Notes: generated by a model not told the origin, from the sequence alone. A DNA stretch of 64,000 nt from an uncultured Candidatus Saccharibacteria bacterium (GCA_964385105.1 CAYLMU010000002.1:250583-314582), one strand, 5' to 3'; counted from the stretch's first letter, positions 37,978 to 49,102 are shown. Made by a program: numbers and translations.

Positions 37978-39045
37978 TTAATTATTGAATCTTATGTTAG
38001 ATCCGTCTTCAATTTGTGTGTCTTGCACAGGTACAATTATGGTGTCTTGTGAAATGTCAGTTAAAATTTGCGTATACAAATCACCCGATAAGCCTGTTTC
38101 AACATATTTCTTTTTTGCTATATTACCATCAGCCACCCAAATATAACTTCCGTCATTATCTTCAAAAACTTTATCAAAAAGTAATGCATTTGTTTCATTT
38201 GTAGTTTGTTCAATTGTTATTGTTCCGTCTCCGGTCATACCTAACAGTACAGGCACTTCTGCATTATGGTTAAGTTTAACTTTAATTAAAAAATTGCTTG
38301 TACCGTCGGTTCCGGCATATGAGGGTAGTTCCAGTAATTCTCCCTGAACTTCTATGTCTTCAAATGAATCTAAGTAAACATTAACTTTTTGACCGGCACG
38401 AAGTACTCCATAATCTTCCTGGTCTATTGTCATTTCAAAAACCAGATTATTTAAATCAGCAAGGGTTATTACCGCCAAACCCGGAGAAGCCGATTCACCT
38501 ACTTCAAAATGTGTGTCTATTACAGTCCCCGAAAACGGTGCAGTTATGTTTAAACTTGTGATTGTTCCCAGACTTGCCTGATAATTAGCTTCTGCGCGAC
38601 TTATAGCTTCGTTCAAAGCCCTTAACTGTATTTCATAGGCTGTTTGTCCGCCAATTGTATCTTTGTCACTTTTATCTTTATATTGTTCTTCAAATAGCTC
38701 TTTTTCCCTTTTTGCAATATCTCTAGCATCTTTTGCTGCTTGTGCGTTTTGGAATGTAGGGTATCCGTAAAGTTGTGCCATTAACTTTCCTTCATTTACC
38801 AACTCGCCCTCTTTTACATAAATTGCATTAATTCGACCTCCACTTGGAAACGACAATTGAGCCTGCCTTAAAGACTTTACCTCACCACTTCCAGATACAG
38901 TTTTTTTAACAGAAACATTTTCTACTTCAACACGTTCAACTAACACGGTCTCACTCATTTGCGAGAATGCTCTAAATGCAAATACACCTAAAACCGCAAC
39001 CAGCAATATTATTATGAATTTTACTTTCTTAAACCGTTGTAACAT
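37978..39045 (-). CDS. Efflux periplasmic adaptor (MacA-like)
   Basis: TM anchor; GRINAIYVKEGE, helical hairpin, ITAPFSGTV, GMTG. Confidence 0.9.
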   Translation of the reverse strand: MLQRFKKVKFIIILLVAVLGVFAFRAFSQMSETVLVERVEVENVSVKKTVSGSGEVKSLRQAQLSFPSGGRINAIYVKEGELVNEGKLMAQLYGYPTFQNAQAAKDARDIAKREKELFEEQYKDKSDKDTIGGQTAYEIQLRALNEAISRAEANYQASLGTITSLNITAPFSGTVIDTHFEVGESASPGLAVITLADLNNLVFEMTIDQEDYGVLRAGQKVNVYLDSFEDIEVQGELLELPSYAGTDGTSNFLIKVKLNHNAEVPVLLGMTGDGTITIEQTTNETNALLFDKVFEDNDGSYIWVADGNIAKKKYVETGLSGDLYTQILTDISQDTIIVPVQDTQIEDGSNIRFNN

Positions 39046-39094
39046 TTTGTTATTACCTGTAAAATGGCTATAAGTTCTTAATATATCATAAAGC

Positions 39095-39478
39095 ATGAAA
39101 AAAGTATTAACTAGCCATCATCCAAAAAGACACATAAAAAGTTTTAAATATGCGGTAAATGGATTGTTTTATGCAATGTTAAATGAAGCAAATTTTAGAG
39201 TTCAAATGATTGTTACGGCTATAGCTTTTATTTTAGGCTTATACTTTAACATTTCAAATATGGAATGGGCCTTAATTGTTGTTTCATCATCTTTTCTACT
39301 CTCAGCCGAAATGCTAAACACAGTTGTTGAGGAGTTTATGGATCATTTAATGCCCGAACAAAATGATATTGTTAAGGTTATAAAAGACTTATCTGCAGGT
39401 TTTGTTTTAACTTCAGCTGTAAGTATGGGTGCGGTTTTAATGCTGATATTTGCAAATAGACTTTCTACTTTACTTTAG
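39095..39478 (+). CDS. dgkA: DgkA-family diacylglycerol/undecaprenol kinase
   Basis: SFKYAVNG, E.NFR, AEMLNTVVE, KDLSAG. Confidence 0.85.
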   Translation: MKKVLTSHHPKRHIKSFKYAVNGLFYAMLNEANFRVQMIVTAIAFILGLYFNISNMEWALIVVSSSFLLSAEMLNTVVEEFMDHLMPEQNDIVKVIKDLSAGFVLTSAVSMGAVLMLIFANRLSTLL

Positions 39479-39483
39479 ATTAT

Positions 39484-41205
39484 TTAATATCCTAATGCTT
39501 TAATTTCTGAAAGCGACCCTTGTGGCATGTAATAAATGTTTGCTGCAGGAACTCTATTTGATGCATCACATTTGCTATTTTTACCGATTCCGGCACAGGT
39601 TCTATAAATTACTTTTACAGGGTTATACCTGTTAAGCCAATATTCGGCTTTTTCTTGCGTAATGCGGGCTGAGAAGCTTTGAGGGTCATGAATAAAAATG
39701 TAGTAACCTGCGTCGTCAATATCTCTTTTATACGGTATATAATGACGCGATATTGAATCCCTCTCATTAGTTGAATAGAACTCAATTTTAGACACATCCG
39801 GGATTTCACATGGATTGTTTAGCTGACATGGAAATTCAGTATTTTCAGTAGTTATAAAACTTGAAATTTCTTCCCAGCCCCTATTATATGGAAATCCAAA
39901 AATGCTTAAATGGTAAATTTGGCTTGGCCGGGGAAGTACCCAAATTAAAAATTCTTTATTAGACCACGGATACTCTTCAACATGATCAACAAAAATAAAA
40001 AATGCCTGCGCATACATAAATAAAAATACAATAAGTATTCCAAAGTACGCAATATATTGCGCGATTGCTTTATTATTAAAAAATCTAACACTAAAAGCAG
40101 TTAAAATTTCTTCAATAAATAAAATGCCAAAGGCAAGAATAATTGATAAAGGTAATAAATATGTATAAATGTGTGTTCCGGGAATACTTACTATGACTTC
40201 TAAAAAAATAAATGGAATAAAAAACCACAAAAACAATGCTGCAAACTTAAAAAAATCTCTTACCAAAAAGGGAAGTAGTAAGTATTTAATTTTTGTATTA
40301 AACAATTTTGAAACAGGAAGCAGACCAAGATTTTTATATGCAATTTTAATTACGCCAAAAATAAACAAAAGAGTATAAATATGTATTACATAAATAGGTT
40401 GATACACTGAGAATAAGTACCGTGAATTTGAAATCTTACCGCCGGTACCAACAAGTCTTCCTTGCCAATAACTTTGAGTACCTGCATCAATGTTAAAAAT
40501 AAATGGAATATAAAAAAGTGCCAAAAGTACAAAAAAAACTATTCCGGCACCAAAAGCATGTTTAATGTTTAATAAAGATTTTCGTTTAATAAGTGCTCTA
40601 AAGTCCAAAAGTTGATTCTTAAGCCATAATAACAATAAAAACAATACAAAAGGAAAAATAAAAACCCCGTCATAATGAGATAAAATCGATAACCCCCACA
40701 TAATAAATCCTAAATATATTCCTTTTATACTCCATTTTTTTTGTACAGCTGCCAAACTAAAAAAATAAAGGGCGAGAACCATAAATAAAATTACAAAAGA
40801 CTGATACTGAACAATTCGCGAAAATGCAATAAAAAACCCGTTAACAATAATAAAAAAAGTAGAATAATAAGCTGCTTTTTTATTAAAGTGCATGCACAAA
40901 AATTTATAAAAAAAGTAAACTGCCAGAGTTCCGGCAATTGCAAAAGGCAGTCTTACAAAAAACTCATTTGAATATGTTGGATCAAAAATTTTTAGTATGT
41001 AAGTTATTAAAAATTGAACAGGACCTTTTCTTTGTGTTAATAAAAAATCGCTAATACTCTGACCGGAATCGGGTAAAAACAATGCTTTAATTTCATCTCC
41101 CTGATAGTCGGAATATCCAAGGTGCACGAATCGCAGTACACCTGCTAACACTAATAAACTTATTGAATCAAGGTTTTGTTTAATCTTAAGAGCTATATTA
41201 TCCAT
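39484..41205 (-). CDS. GT-C (ArnT/PMT-like) glycosyltransferase
   Basis: LRF..LG...QGDE, VRLPFAIAG, FSRIVQY, many TMs. Confidence 0.8.
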   Translation of the reverse strand: MDNIALKIKQNLDSISLLVLAGVLRFVHLGYSDYQGDEIKALFLPDSGQSISDFLLTQRKGPVQFLITYILKIFDPTYSNEFFVRLPFAIAGTLAVYFFYKFLCMHFNKKAAYYSTFFIIVNGFFIAFSRIVQYQSFVILFMVLALYFFSLAAVQKKWSIKGIYLGFIMWGLSILSHYDGVFIFPFVLFLLLLWLKNQLLDFRALIKRKSLLNIKHAFGAGIVFFVLLALFYIPFIFNIDAGTQSYWQGRLVGTGGKISNSRYLFSVYQPIYVIHIYTLLFIFGVIKIAYKNLGLLPVSKLFNTKIKYLLLPFLVRDFFKFAALFLWFFIPFIFLEVIVSIPGTHIYTYLLPLSIILAFGILFIEEILTAFSVRFFNNKAIAQYIAYFGILIVFLFMYAQAFFIFVDHVEEYPWSNKEFLIWVLPRPSQIYHLSIFGFPYNRGWEEISSFITTENTEFPCQLNNPCEIPDVSKIEFYSTNERDSISRHYIPYKRDIDDAGYYIFIHDPQSFSARITQEKAEYWLNRYNPVKVIYRTCAGIGKNSKCDASNRVPAANIYYMPQGSLSEIKALGY

Positions 41206-43255
41206 AAACTACAAGCTCATTCATGGCTCGTGTAACAGCTACAAAAGCTTTCTTTGCTTCTGCGAAATTATTTATGTTATCTAAATTCAAACCTAAAACA
41301 TAAACTTTTGCAAATTCTAAACCTTTACAATCTTCAAATTTAGATAAATAAACCCCTTTTGGAATGTACGAAATGCGGGTATCAGTTTGCAAAGTTATTA
41401 ATTTTTCATCAGAAATTTTTCCGCTTCTTTGAAAATTATTAAAAATGAAACTTAGTGCATCAAAATAATTATGAGAAAAACAAACAATACCAATACTTTT
41501 ATTTAAATTTTCTATATCTTTTGCTAATTCGGATTCTATGTCAGCTATAACGTCGTTAAACTCGTGTACGTGCTTTATTATTGGCTCCGGGCCAACACGA
41601 TCAATCGATTTAGGCAAATATTGGTCAGTATAAGGAATTAATATGTTGTTAGCAAAATCAATAATAGGCTTTGTGCTTCTGTAGTTTGTGTCAAGCTCAA
41701 AAGTTTGCGCATTATTTGCTTCCTTAACAACAGATGAAATTTCATCCCACGTCGTTAATCCTTCGTCGGAGAAACTTTGGTTTAAATCACCTAAAATACA
41801 AAACCTGCCATTTAATACAATTTTTGATAAAACTAAATATTCCAATACACTAATATCCTGACCTTCATCAATTATGCAATACTGATATTTTTGCGTTTTT
41901 TTGATTCCATATAATTGAGAGTGAAAATAAACCGCAATTAATGCCTCTAAATACCCAAGTGACTTTGTAGTATCTGTTCCCCACTTTGAATATAACTTTT
42001 TAATTTCCTGGGCTGTAACATCCTGTCTAAGTTTTTGAAGTCGCGAAATAAATTTTCTTAAATTTTTAATATTATCCTGAAAAATCCAGCTTTTAAGCGA
42101 CTTTGGATTATCTTTGAGTTTTTCGGATTGAAAGCCAAGTTCTTCTTTGAGGTCAAATATTAACTCATCAATATTTTCAACCACAGATTGAGAGTAATCA
42201 TACACATAGCTACCTAAGCTTCCAAAAGTCTCGTCTTCAAGCAGTAATTCAATCTTTTCCTCATATTTTTGATGAATTTCATCAACATCTTTCTCAAGCT
42301 CTTTTACTTTTTTTAAATCAAAATTGGAAAGATTACCGTTTACATCAAGGTCAATACTAAGCTTCATATCTTCACGAAATATAATATTTACCACTAACTC
42401 ACGAATTGTTTTGTAATTAACGTCAAATATTCCAAGTTTTGGAAACAGTGTTGCCAAGTAACCTACCAATACCCCATTTTTGGCAATCAAAATAGATCTT
42501 TCGGGTTGGATTAAATTTGAGTAGTTAAAAAATATGTGCGATAGTTTATGTATTGCAACAGTGCTCTTTCCGCTACCTACTGAACCCTGAACTATACAAA
42601 TTTGCCTGGGATCTGCTTCAATAATATCAAGTTGAGACTCCTGAATTGTTTCAACAATATCTTCAAGTATTCCGCCGGTTCTTTGACCAATTTTTTCTGC
42701 AATTAAACTATCTTCATCAAATTGAATATCATTATTGTAATATTTCAATAATTCACCATTATCTATTTCGAAGGTTCGCTTAAGTAGTAAGTCTTTTATA
42801 AATGTTCCATCGGGTGCAGTGTACTCAACATTTTTTTGCGGATATCTATAGCGGTAATAAAGTGATGCTACTTTTGATCTCCAATCTATTATTATCGGAG
42901 CATTTTCTTCGGTATAGCCAAATTTACCAATATATAATTTTTCACTATTTGTTTTTCCAGGGTCTGTAATATCGAGCCGGGCAAAATAAGGTTCTTTTTG
43001 CGAATGTTCTAGTTCCTCAAGCCTTTTAACTTTATCTTTTACATTAAAAGCTTCATTTTTTTCATGAAGCTGTTGTACAAACATCATAAAGTCTGCCCCA
43101 CTCGTCTCAGGATTATTGCGCAGCTCCTCAAGGTGAGAAAGATTACTCACACCAAGTTGATCCATAGCCTCAATTAAAGCATCTCTTGCATCCTTTACTT
43201 TTTCAATTACTCTTTCTAAATGAGTTTTTTCTTCATTCAATACTTGTTTATCCAT
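41198..43255 (-). CDS. HelD-like SF1 helicase (RNA polymerase recycling factor family)
   Basis: PYFARLD, LYIG, IIDWRS.VASLYY, IVETIQ..Q, GSVGSGKST, DEGQD, NYRST, KGLEF, VAVTRAM. Confidence 0.85.
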   Translation of the reverse strand: MDKQVLNEEKTHLERVIEKVKDARDALIEAMDQLGVSNLSHLEELRNNPETSGADFMMFVQQLHEKNEAFNVKDKVKRLEELEHSQKEPYFARLDITDPGKTNSEKLYIGKFGYTEENAPIIIDWRSKVASLYYRYRYPQKNVEYTAPDGTFIKDLLLKRTFEIDNGELLKYYNNDIQFDEDSLIAEKIGQRTGGILEDIVETIQESQLDIIEADPRQICIVQGSVGSGKSTVAIHKLSHIFFNYSNLIQPERSILIAKNGVLVGYLATLFPKLGIFDVNYKTIRELVVNIIFREDMKLSIDLDVNGNLSNFDLKKVKELEKDVDEIHQKYEEKIELLLEDETFGSLGSYVYDYSQSVVENIDELIFDLKEELGFQSEKLKDNPKSLKSWIFQDNIKNLRKFISRLQKLRQDVTAQEIKKLYSKWGTDTTKSLGYLEALIAVYFHSQLYGIKKTQKYQYCIIDEGQDISVLEYLVLSKIVLNGRFCILGDLNQSFSDEGLTTWDEISSVVKEANNAQTFELDTNYRSTKPIIDFANNILIPYTDQYLPKSIDRVGPEPIIKHVHEFNDVIADIESELAKDIENLNKSIGIVCFSHNYFDALSFIFNNFQRSGKISDEKLITLQTDTRISYIPKGVYLSKFEDCKGLEFAKVYVLGLNLDNINNFAEAKKAFVAVTRAMNELVVYG

Positions 43256-43946
43256 TAAAATCCTCTTTTGCTACCAAAATAACAAATTCTCCCCTAAATT
43301 TTTCGTCGGTTAATTTTACTACTAAATCATTTACATTGCCATAATAGTCCTTTTCATAAATTTTAGTCATTTCTTTTATCACACAAACAATTCTGTTGCC
43401 AAGTACTTCATTTATTTTGGTTAAAGTTTTTAATATTCTGTGAGGTGATTCGTATATAACTAAAGTCGCATCCAATTCCCCATATTGTTTAATAACCTCC
43501 TTAGCCTGACTTTCTTTTCTTGGAAGAAATCCTACAAATGTAAATTTATCGGTAGGTAGCCCTGAAACACTTAAAGCAGATACAACTGCCGATGGTCCGG
43601 GTATTGGAATTACTTTAAAACCGCTTTTTTTCACTTCTTGTACAAGTTTAAATCCCGGATCTGAAATAAGAGGTGTACCACTGTCTGAGGTTAAAGCAAC
43701 TGAATTTCCCAAACTCAAAAATTCAATAATCCTCGGAATCATTTTATTTCGATTTTCGTCTCGGTAGGTGAAAGGCTGCTTACTAATTTGCAAATGATCT
43801 AAAAGTTTCTTTGATTCTCGCGGGCTTTCTGATATTACATAATCCGCATTTTTCAGAACATCAATTGCCCTTATTGTAATGTCTTTTAAATTGCCGATTG
43901 GTGTGGCAACTATATATAAAGCCGACGACTCAAGTTGCACTTGCAA
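43248..43946 (-). CDS. rsmI: 16S rRNA (C1402) 2'-O-methyltransferase
   Basis: LYIVATPIGNL.DIT.RA, SDSGTPLISDPG, PGPSA, YESPHR, EMTKIYE; true start may be GTG 43940. Confidence 0.96.
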   Translation of the reverse strand: MQVQLESSALYIVATPIGNLKDITIRAIDVLKNADYVISESPRESKKLLDHLQISKQPFTYRDENRNKMIPRIIEFLSLGNSVALTSDSGTPLISDPGFKLVQEVKKSGFKVIPIPGPSAVVSALSVSGLPTDKFTFVGFLPRKESQAKEVIKQYGELDATLVIYESPHRILKTLTKINEVLGNRIVCVIKEMTKIYEKDYYGNVNDLVVKLTDEKFRGEFVILVAKEDFNG

Positions 43947-43967
43947 ATTATATCAAATCGGCACTTT

Positions 43968-44954
43968 TTATTTTATTTGTGCCTGTTCTCTAGCCTGTTT
44001 CTCATCCAAATGCTCTACATGAGTGTTGGCATGTGAGCCTCCTGCTGCTTGTGCAATATTTTCTCCATCTCTATCACCATACGGGTAAATAATCACCATA
44101 GAACTTTCTTCTTTGCTCATTTCGCTTAAAATCTGCAATTCTCTTAATCTCATGCCGTATTTGCTTTGTTCCAAAAGTGCACTGGCTTGTTCTATTTTTT
44201 CGGCAACAGCAATTTCGGCTTCGGCTTGAACTTTTTTAGCCTCGGCGGCTCTTTGTTCTCTAGCTATTACCGCCAACTCATCAACAAGAGATGCCGGTGT
44301 ATCAATATCTGTAATTCTAACAGCTCTTACATCAACACCATAAATTGCAGCTTCATGGTCAATTTGCATTTTTAGATTATCTGCAATTTGGTCTCTTTCG
44401 CTAAGTAGACTCTTTAAATCCATGCTACCGATTGTATTTTTTAATGCTTCAGTTGAAAGCCAGATAACTGATGAATGATAATTTTGTACATCCATTGTTG
44501 CTTTTCTTGGATCTTCAACCTTAAATTCCACTGCTGCTGTAACTTTTGTTGGAACATTATCTTTTGTAAGTGTGGCTGTTGCCTCAACCTGCTGAGTAAC
44601 GATTCTCATATCTATAATGTCTGCGACTGAATAAATAAACGGGGGAATAATAAAGAACCCGGCTCCCCTAACGCTTTCATACTTACCCAAACGCAAAATT
44701 ACCATGGTTTGCCATTCGGGCAATATATAAAACATTTTTGACAAAAATGATGCTACCCACAAAGAAAATAAAAATGCCGGCAAACCAATCGGGAGTGCTG
44801 AGCCTGTAGAACTTGTTGAAACCAGGCTTAACGGCAAAATAATTACAATAAACAAAACAATAAAACTAATCACAAAAGCAAGCATTCTTATAAAACTTTG
44901 TACTGAACCGGTATTGCCATGCGAACCGACTCTGTAATTTTGGTATGGATTCAT
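43968..44954 (-). CDS. SPFH/band-7 (stomatin-like) membrane protein
   Basis: VILRLGK, LTKDNV, YGVDV..V.ITDI, LRELQ.L. Confidence 0.9.
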   Translation of the reverse strand: MNPYQNYRVGSHGNTGSVQSFIRMLAFVISFIVLFIVIILPLSLVSTSSTGSALPIGLPAFLFSLWVASFLSKMFYILPEWQTMVILRLGKYESVRGAGFFIIPPFIYSVADIIDMRIVTQQVEATATLTKDNVPTKVTAAVEFKVEDPRKATMDVQNYHSSVIWLSTEALKNTIGSMDLKSLLSERDQIADNLKMQIDHEAAIYGVDVRAVRITDIDTPASLVDELAVIAREQRAAEAKKVQAEAEIAVAEKIEQASALLEQSKYGMRLRELQILSEMSKEESSMVIIYPYGDRDGENIAQAAGGSHANTHVEHLDEKQAREQAQIK

Positions 44955-45589
44955 TATTGTATCCCTCTAGAAATAATTACTTGAATTTGATTTTTAGTTT
45001 CTTCCATAGTTTGTTTGCTGGTATTTAAATCTCCTTTTGCATCATCGCAGTTATCTTCAAAAAATTCATTTCCGTTGCAAAGAATTTCAATTCTGCTCTC
45101 GGCGGTTTTTTTATTGCGGTTGGCTTGTTGGTACTTTGAATTTAGCATCACTAAATTACTATAATCGCTAAAACTGTAGCAGTAATTACTTTGAAAACCT
45201 TCTATTTCTACTAAGTACCTAATACATTCATCTTGCCTTAAATTTACTTTGTTGTTGTACAAAGTGGTATCCGGAGTGACATAAATGGATGATGTAGATT
45301 CGGAGGTATGTGATTTATTTTTTTCGACTGTTTCTTCAACAGTGACTTTTGGTAGTTCTTGCGGTTTCTGGTAAGCACCTTGCGAAAATCCATCTAAAAA
45401 CTCTTCCAAACGGGTGCGGGTTAACCCTTCTCTTTCTTCGGTAAGATACTTAAATGATAACAAGCTTCCTGCTGTAACCAGCACAAATAACATAATAATC
45501 ACACCTGTTATAGCTAAGATAATCTTTTTATCACTTTTATGCTCAACTTCAATAGCGTCTGATTGCTCAGTTAAGACCTGATTTTCCAT
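44954..45589 (-). CDS. Hypothetical single-pass membrane protein
   Basis: One TM followed by a domain with Cys pairs and a coiled coil. Confidence 0.7.
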   Translation of the reverse strand: MENQVLTEQSDAIEVEHKSDKKIILAITGVIIMLFVLVTAGSLLSFKYLTEEREGLTRTRLEEFLDGFSQGAYQKPQELPKVTVEETVEKNKSHTSESTSSIYVTPDTTLYNNKVNLRQDECIRYLVEIEGFQSNYCYSFSDYSNLVMLNSKYQQANRNKKTAESRIEILCNGNEFFEDNCDDAKGDLNTSKQTMEETKNQIQVIISRGIQ

Positions 45590-45628
45590 TAATTTAATTA
45601 TTCAATAATTTGGGAAAGAGTACAAGAA

Positions 45629-45808
45629 CTACTTAAGCTTTTGAACTTCTTTGTGTAGCGTATGGCGTCTTAAACGTGGATTATACTTCATTAATTCAAT
45701 CTTTTCGGGAGTATTCATAACATTTTTTTCACTAACATAAGCTCGCATACCGGTTTCGGTGCATTCAAGTGCTATTAATCTTCGGTTTTTCTTTTTTCCT
45801 TTTGCCAT
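45629..45808 (-). CDS. rpmG: 50S ribosomal protein L33
   Basis: MAKGKKK...IALECTE...[24 protein letters not shown]. Confidence 0.96.
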   Translation of the reverse strand: MAKGKKKNRRLIALECTETGMRAYVSEKNVMNTPEKIELMKYNPRLRRHTLHKEVQKLK

Positions 45809-45866
45809 AACAGGGTATATAATACAAAAAATCCATGAGCAAGGCAAGAAAAAGGAGTGATTAAGT

Positions 45867-46025
45867 ATGCTCGCAATAATTCACTTGAGTGATACTGTAA
45901 TATATATATCCGCTGTCGGTGGTATATTTTTGATTGGTTTTTTCTTATTACTGTTGTTGATCCGAATTTACGAGGAACTTAGTAAGCTTATGCAAAAAAC
46001 CCACCTTGAGGCTAAGAAAGAATGA
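45867..46025 (+). CDS. 52-aa single-TM protein (not in ORF track)
   Basis: AAGGAG SD; [52 protein letters not shown]; followed by a hairpin. Confidence 0.55.
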   Translation: MLAIIHLSDTVIYISAVGGIFLIGFFLLLLLIRIYEELSKLMQKTHLEAKKE

Positions 46026-46039
46026 TAAGTTAACTCTAC

Positions 46040-46081
46040 CAGGAAAGTACAGCGTCATCTACATAGAGCTGTACTTTCCTG
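46040..46081. terminator. 14-bp inverted repeat directly upstream of the leuS -10 box
   Basis: CAGGAAAGTACAGC/GCTGTACTTTCCTG; TATAAT at 46083-46088. Confidence 0.55.
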
Positions 46082-46097
46082 TTATAATTCAAAACAC

Positions 46098-48512
46098 ATG
46101 TCACAACAAAAACCTGAATATAATCACAAAAAAATAGAGAATAACTGGAAAGAGTATTGGTTTGAAAACAACATTTATAAAGCTGAAGATTTTTCCGAAA
46201 AACCTAAAAAATATATTTTGGCGGAGCTTCCTTACCCTTCGGGAGAGTATCTGCACGTTGGGCATATGATGAGATATACCGTTCCAGAAATTTATTCTAG
46301 ATTTTTAAGAATGCAAGGATTTAATGTTTTATTCCCAATGGGATGGGATTCATTTGGATTACCGGCAGAAACTTATGCAATAAAAAATAATATTACTCCA
46401 CAAGAAGCAATTGAAACTGCAACAAAAAACTATGTTAAAGCCATGCAAGATATGGGTTACGCAATTGATTGGGATCGTGAGCTAAACACGGCTGACCCAC
46501 ATTACTATAAATGGACACAGTGGATGTTTATAAAATTATGGGAAAAAGGGTTAGCTAAACAAAAAGAAATGCCTGTGTGGTGGTGTAAAGAGTTAGGAGT
46601 TTTAGCTGACGAAGAAGTTCTCCCAGACCCCGATGGTCCTACCGGAAAAAAATCAGAACGTGATGGTTATCCGGTTGAGAAAAAACTTTTCAAACAATGG
46701 GTGCTTGATATTCCGGCCTATGCTGATAGATTGCTAGAAGACCTTGAAATTGTTGACTATAACGAATCAGTAAAACAAGGACAAATCAACTGGATCGGTA
46801 AAAAAGAAGGTGCAAACATTAATTTTGAAGTTGCTGGTGAGACTATTGATGTTTTTACTACAAGACCTGATACTATTTTTGGAGTAACTTTTTTGGCAAT
46901 CTCTCCCGAAAACCCGTTAACTCAAGCTTTGGCGCAAAAAGCCCATAACACTGAAGAAGTATTGGAATACATAAACAAGGCAAAAGAATTAACTGATATA
47001 GAGCGACAAACCAAAGACAAAACAGGTGTATTACTAAACGGTGTAACTGCAAAACATCCCTTTGATGAGTTTGAACAAGAAATTCCTATTTTTGTTGCAG
47101 ATTATATTTTGGCTGACTATGGCACAGGTTCGATAATGGGTGTTCCTGCCCATGATGAGAGAGACGGTGAGTTTGCAAAAAAATACAATTTAAACTCAAT
47201 ACCTGTTATAACCGAAGAAAATAAAATAATAAACTCACACCAATATAACGGCATGCAGGCGGAGGATTTTAAAAAAGCCGTAATAGAACGTTTGGAAACA
47301 GAAAATAAAGGCAAAAAAGCTTTTAACTATAAAATCAGAGAACAAATATTTTCAAGACAAAGATACTGGGGAGAGCCGATTCCGTTAATTTATAAACAAA
47401 ACGGTGAAATTGAAAAGGTTTCCGAAAGCAATTTACCGGTTGAATTGCCGGTAATGAAAGACTTTATATCAGAAGATGGTGAAAGTCCGTTGGCAAAGAA
47501 TGAAGAATGGGTAAATACCATTGACAGTGAAGGAAACCCGGCAAAACGTGAACATGACACTATGCCTACATGGGCAGGGTCAAACTGGTACTACATTAGA
47601 TATATTGACCCAAAGAATAAAGATAAATTTGCAGATATAGAAAAATTAAGATACTGGATGCCTGTTGATAAATATTTTGGGGATGCAGGCCATACTACAG
47701 CACATTTAATTTACTCACGATTTTGGTATAAGTTTTTATATGATCAAGGGTTTGTTCCCCATCCTGAACCTTTTAAATGGCGAATGAGCGGAGGATTATT
47801 ACTAGGCCAGGATAATAGAAAGATGTCAAAGTCACGGCCAAAATTTGTGGTTAACCCCAAAGACGTAATTGAAAATTATGGAGCCGACGCGGTTAGAACT
47901 TATTTAGCATTTATTGGACCTTATGAAGAAACTTATCCTTGGAATGAAAACGGCTTAAAAGCTTGTTACAAGCTTATGAAAAATATTTATGCTCTAAAAC
48001 AAAAAGTTACAAAGTCAGAAAATAGCAAAAATTTGGATACTGAGAAAAACCTTCATAAATTAATAAAAAACACGACACAAATGATGGAAGATTTAAAAAT
48101 GAATACAGCTGTTAGTGAAATTATGATTTTTGTTAATCATTTGAAAGATGTTGATTCAATTGACGAAAACACCTGGAGTGATTTCTTAAAAGTTTTGGCA
48201 CCTTTTGCCCCATTTGTTACTGAAGAACTATGGCAAGAAATAAGTGGCCGCAATGAATGGTCAGATTTAAATAGTATTCATTTACAACAATGGCCTGAAT
48301 ACAACGAACATCTAGCTTTGGATGATGTTATTGAACTTCCGGTTCAGATTAATGGAAAATTACGTACTGCATTAAGCGTAAATAGAGATATCTCTGAAGA
48401 AGAACTAAAACAAATGATAAAAACTAATGAAAAAATAAATGACGTTATTGCCAATCGTGAAATTAAGAAGTTTATTTATGTTAAAAACCGTGTTGTAAAC
48501 CTTGTAGTTTAA
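46098..48512 (+). CDS. leuS: Leucine--tRNA ligase
   Basis: PYPSG..LHVGH, GWDSFGLPAE, FTTRPDT, SRQRYWGEPIP, KMSKS, VQINGKLR. Confidence 0.97.
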   Translation: MSQQKPEYNHKKIENNWKEYWFENNIYKAEDFSEKPKKYILAELPYPSGEYLHVGHMMRYTVPEIYSRFLRMQGFNVLFPMGWDSFGLPAETYAIKNNITPQEAIETATKNYVKAMQDMGYAIDWDRELNTADPHYYKWTQWMFIKLWEKGLAKQKEMPVWWCKELGVLADEEVLPDPDGPTGKKSERDGYPVEKKLFKQWVLDIPAYADRLLEDLEIVDYNESVKQGQINWIGKKEGANINFEVAGETIDVFTTRPDTIFGVTFLAISPENPLTQALAQKAHNTEEVLEYINKAKELTDIERQTKDKTGVLLNGVTAKHPFDEFEQEIPIFVADYILADYGTGSIMGVPAHDERDGEFAKKYNLNSIPVITEENKIINSHQYNGMQAEDFKKAVIERLETENKGKKAFNYKIREQIFSRQRYWGEPIPLIYKQNGEIEKVSESNLPVELPVMKDFISEDGESPLAKNEEWVNTIDSEGNPAKREHDTMPTWAGSNWYYIRYIDPKNKDKFADIEKLRYWMPVDKYFGDAGHTTAHLIYSRFWYKFLYDQGFVPHPEPFKWRMSGGLLLGQDNRKMSKSRPKFVVNPKDVIENYGADAVRTYLAFIGPYEETYPWNENGLKACYKLMKNIYALKQKVTKSENSKNLDTEKNLHKLIKNTTQMMEDLKMNTAVSEIMIFVNHLKDVDSIDENTWSDFLKVLAPFAPFVTEELWQEISGRNEWSDLNSIHLQQWPEYNEHLALDDVIELPVQINGKLRTALSVNRDISEEELKQMIKTNEKINDVIANREIKKFIYVKNRVVNLVV

Positions 48513-49102
48513 TTTTGTGTAGATACCTCGGTTTCGAAAGCACTTTGCAGTAAAGTTGATTTAGAAAAGTTTTGAATAGCCCCCGAAATCACCATTGCAA
48601 GCACGCCCGTTAATATAATAAAAGATATAATTCCGGGAATAAAACTGCTGGTTTTTACGACTTTGGTATTAAATAACTCATCGTGCCAAGCCAGATTCTC
48701 ATCGCTTTTTAAAGCCATAAAGTATCCTAAACCTAAAAATCCTGCCGAAAAGGAGTATCCTGCTAAAATCCGGTACATGGCAGTTTTTTTATCAAGGTGA
48801 TTGTTGGTATTTTGGTCTAAAATTTTGAGCCCGCAAAGCAGTTTACCTATTGTACCGCCAAATTTTTCGTAAAAATATACAGAGTAAATAAAATGAATAA
48901 TTGTTCCTACAAAAAATAATAATAAAATAACCGTAATTAAGTTAATAATCGGCTTAAACGGGTCAACAGAACTGACCATAGATCCTGAAATGAAATAAAC
49001 CGGCACTGCCCAAAATAATAAAAAGATTACCGCATCAATTAATTGTGCTAACGCTCTTCTTGCAAATCCTGCATTAATAAAACCGGTATTATTGTTGTTC
49101 AT
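48509..49102 (-). CDS. RDD family protein
   Basis: AGFARRALAQLID, TIGKLLCGLKI, WHDELFNTKVV. Confidence 0.9.
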   Translation of the reverse strand: MNNNNTGFINAGFARRALAQLIDAVIFLLFWAVPVYFISGSMVSSVDPFKPIINLITVILLLFFVGTIIHFIYSVYFYEKFGGTIGKLLCGLKILDQNTNNHLDKKTAMYRILAGYSFSAGFLGLGYFMALKSDENLAWHDELFNTKVVKTSSFIPGIISFIILTGVLAMVISGAIQNFSKSTLLQSAFETEVSTQN

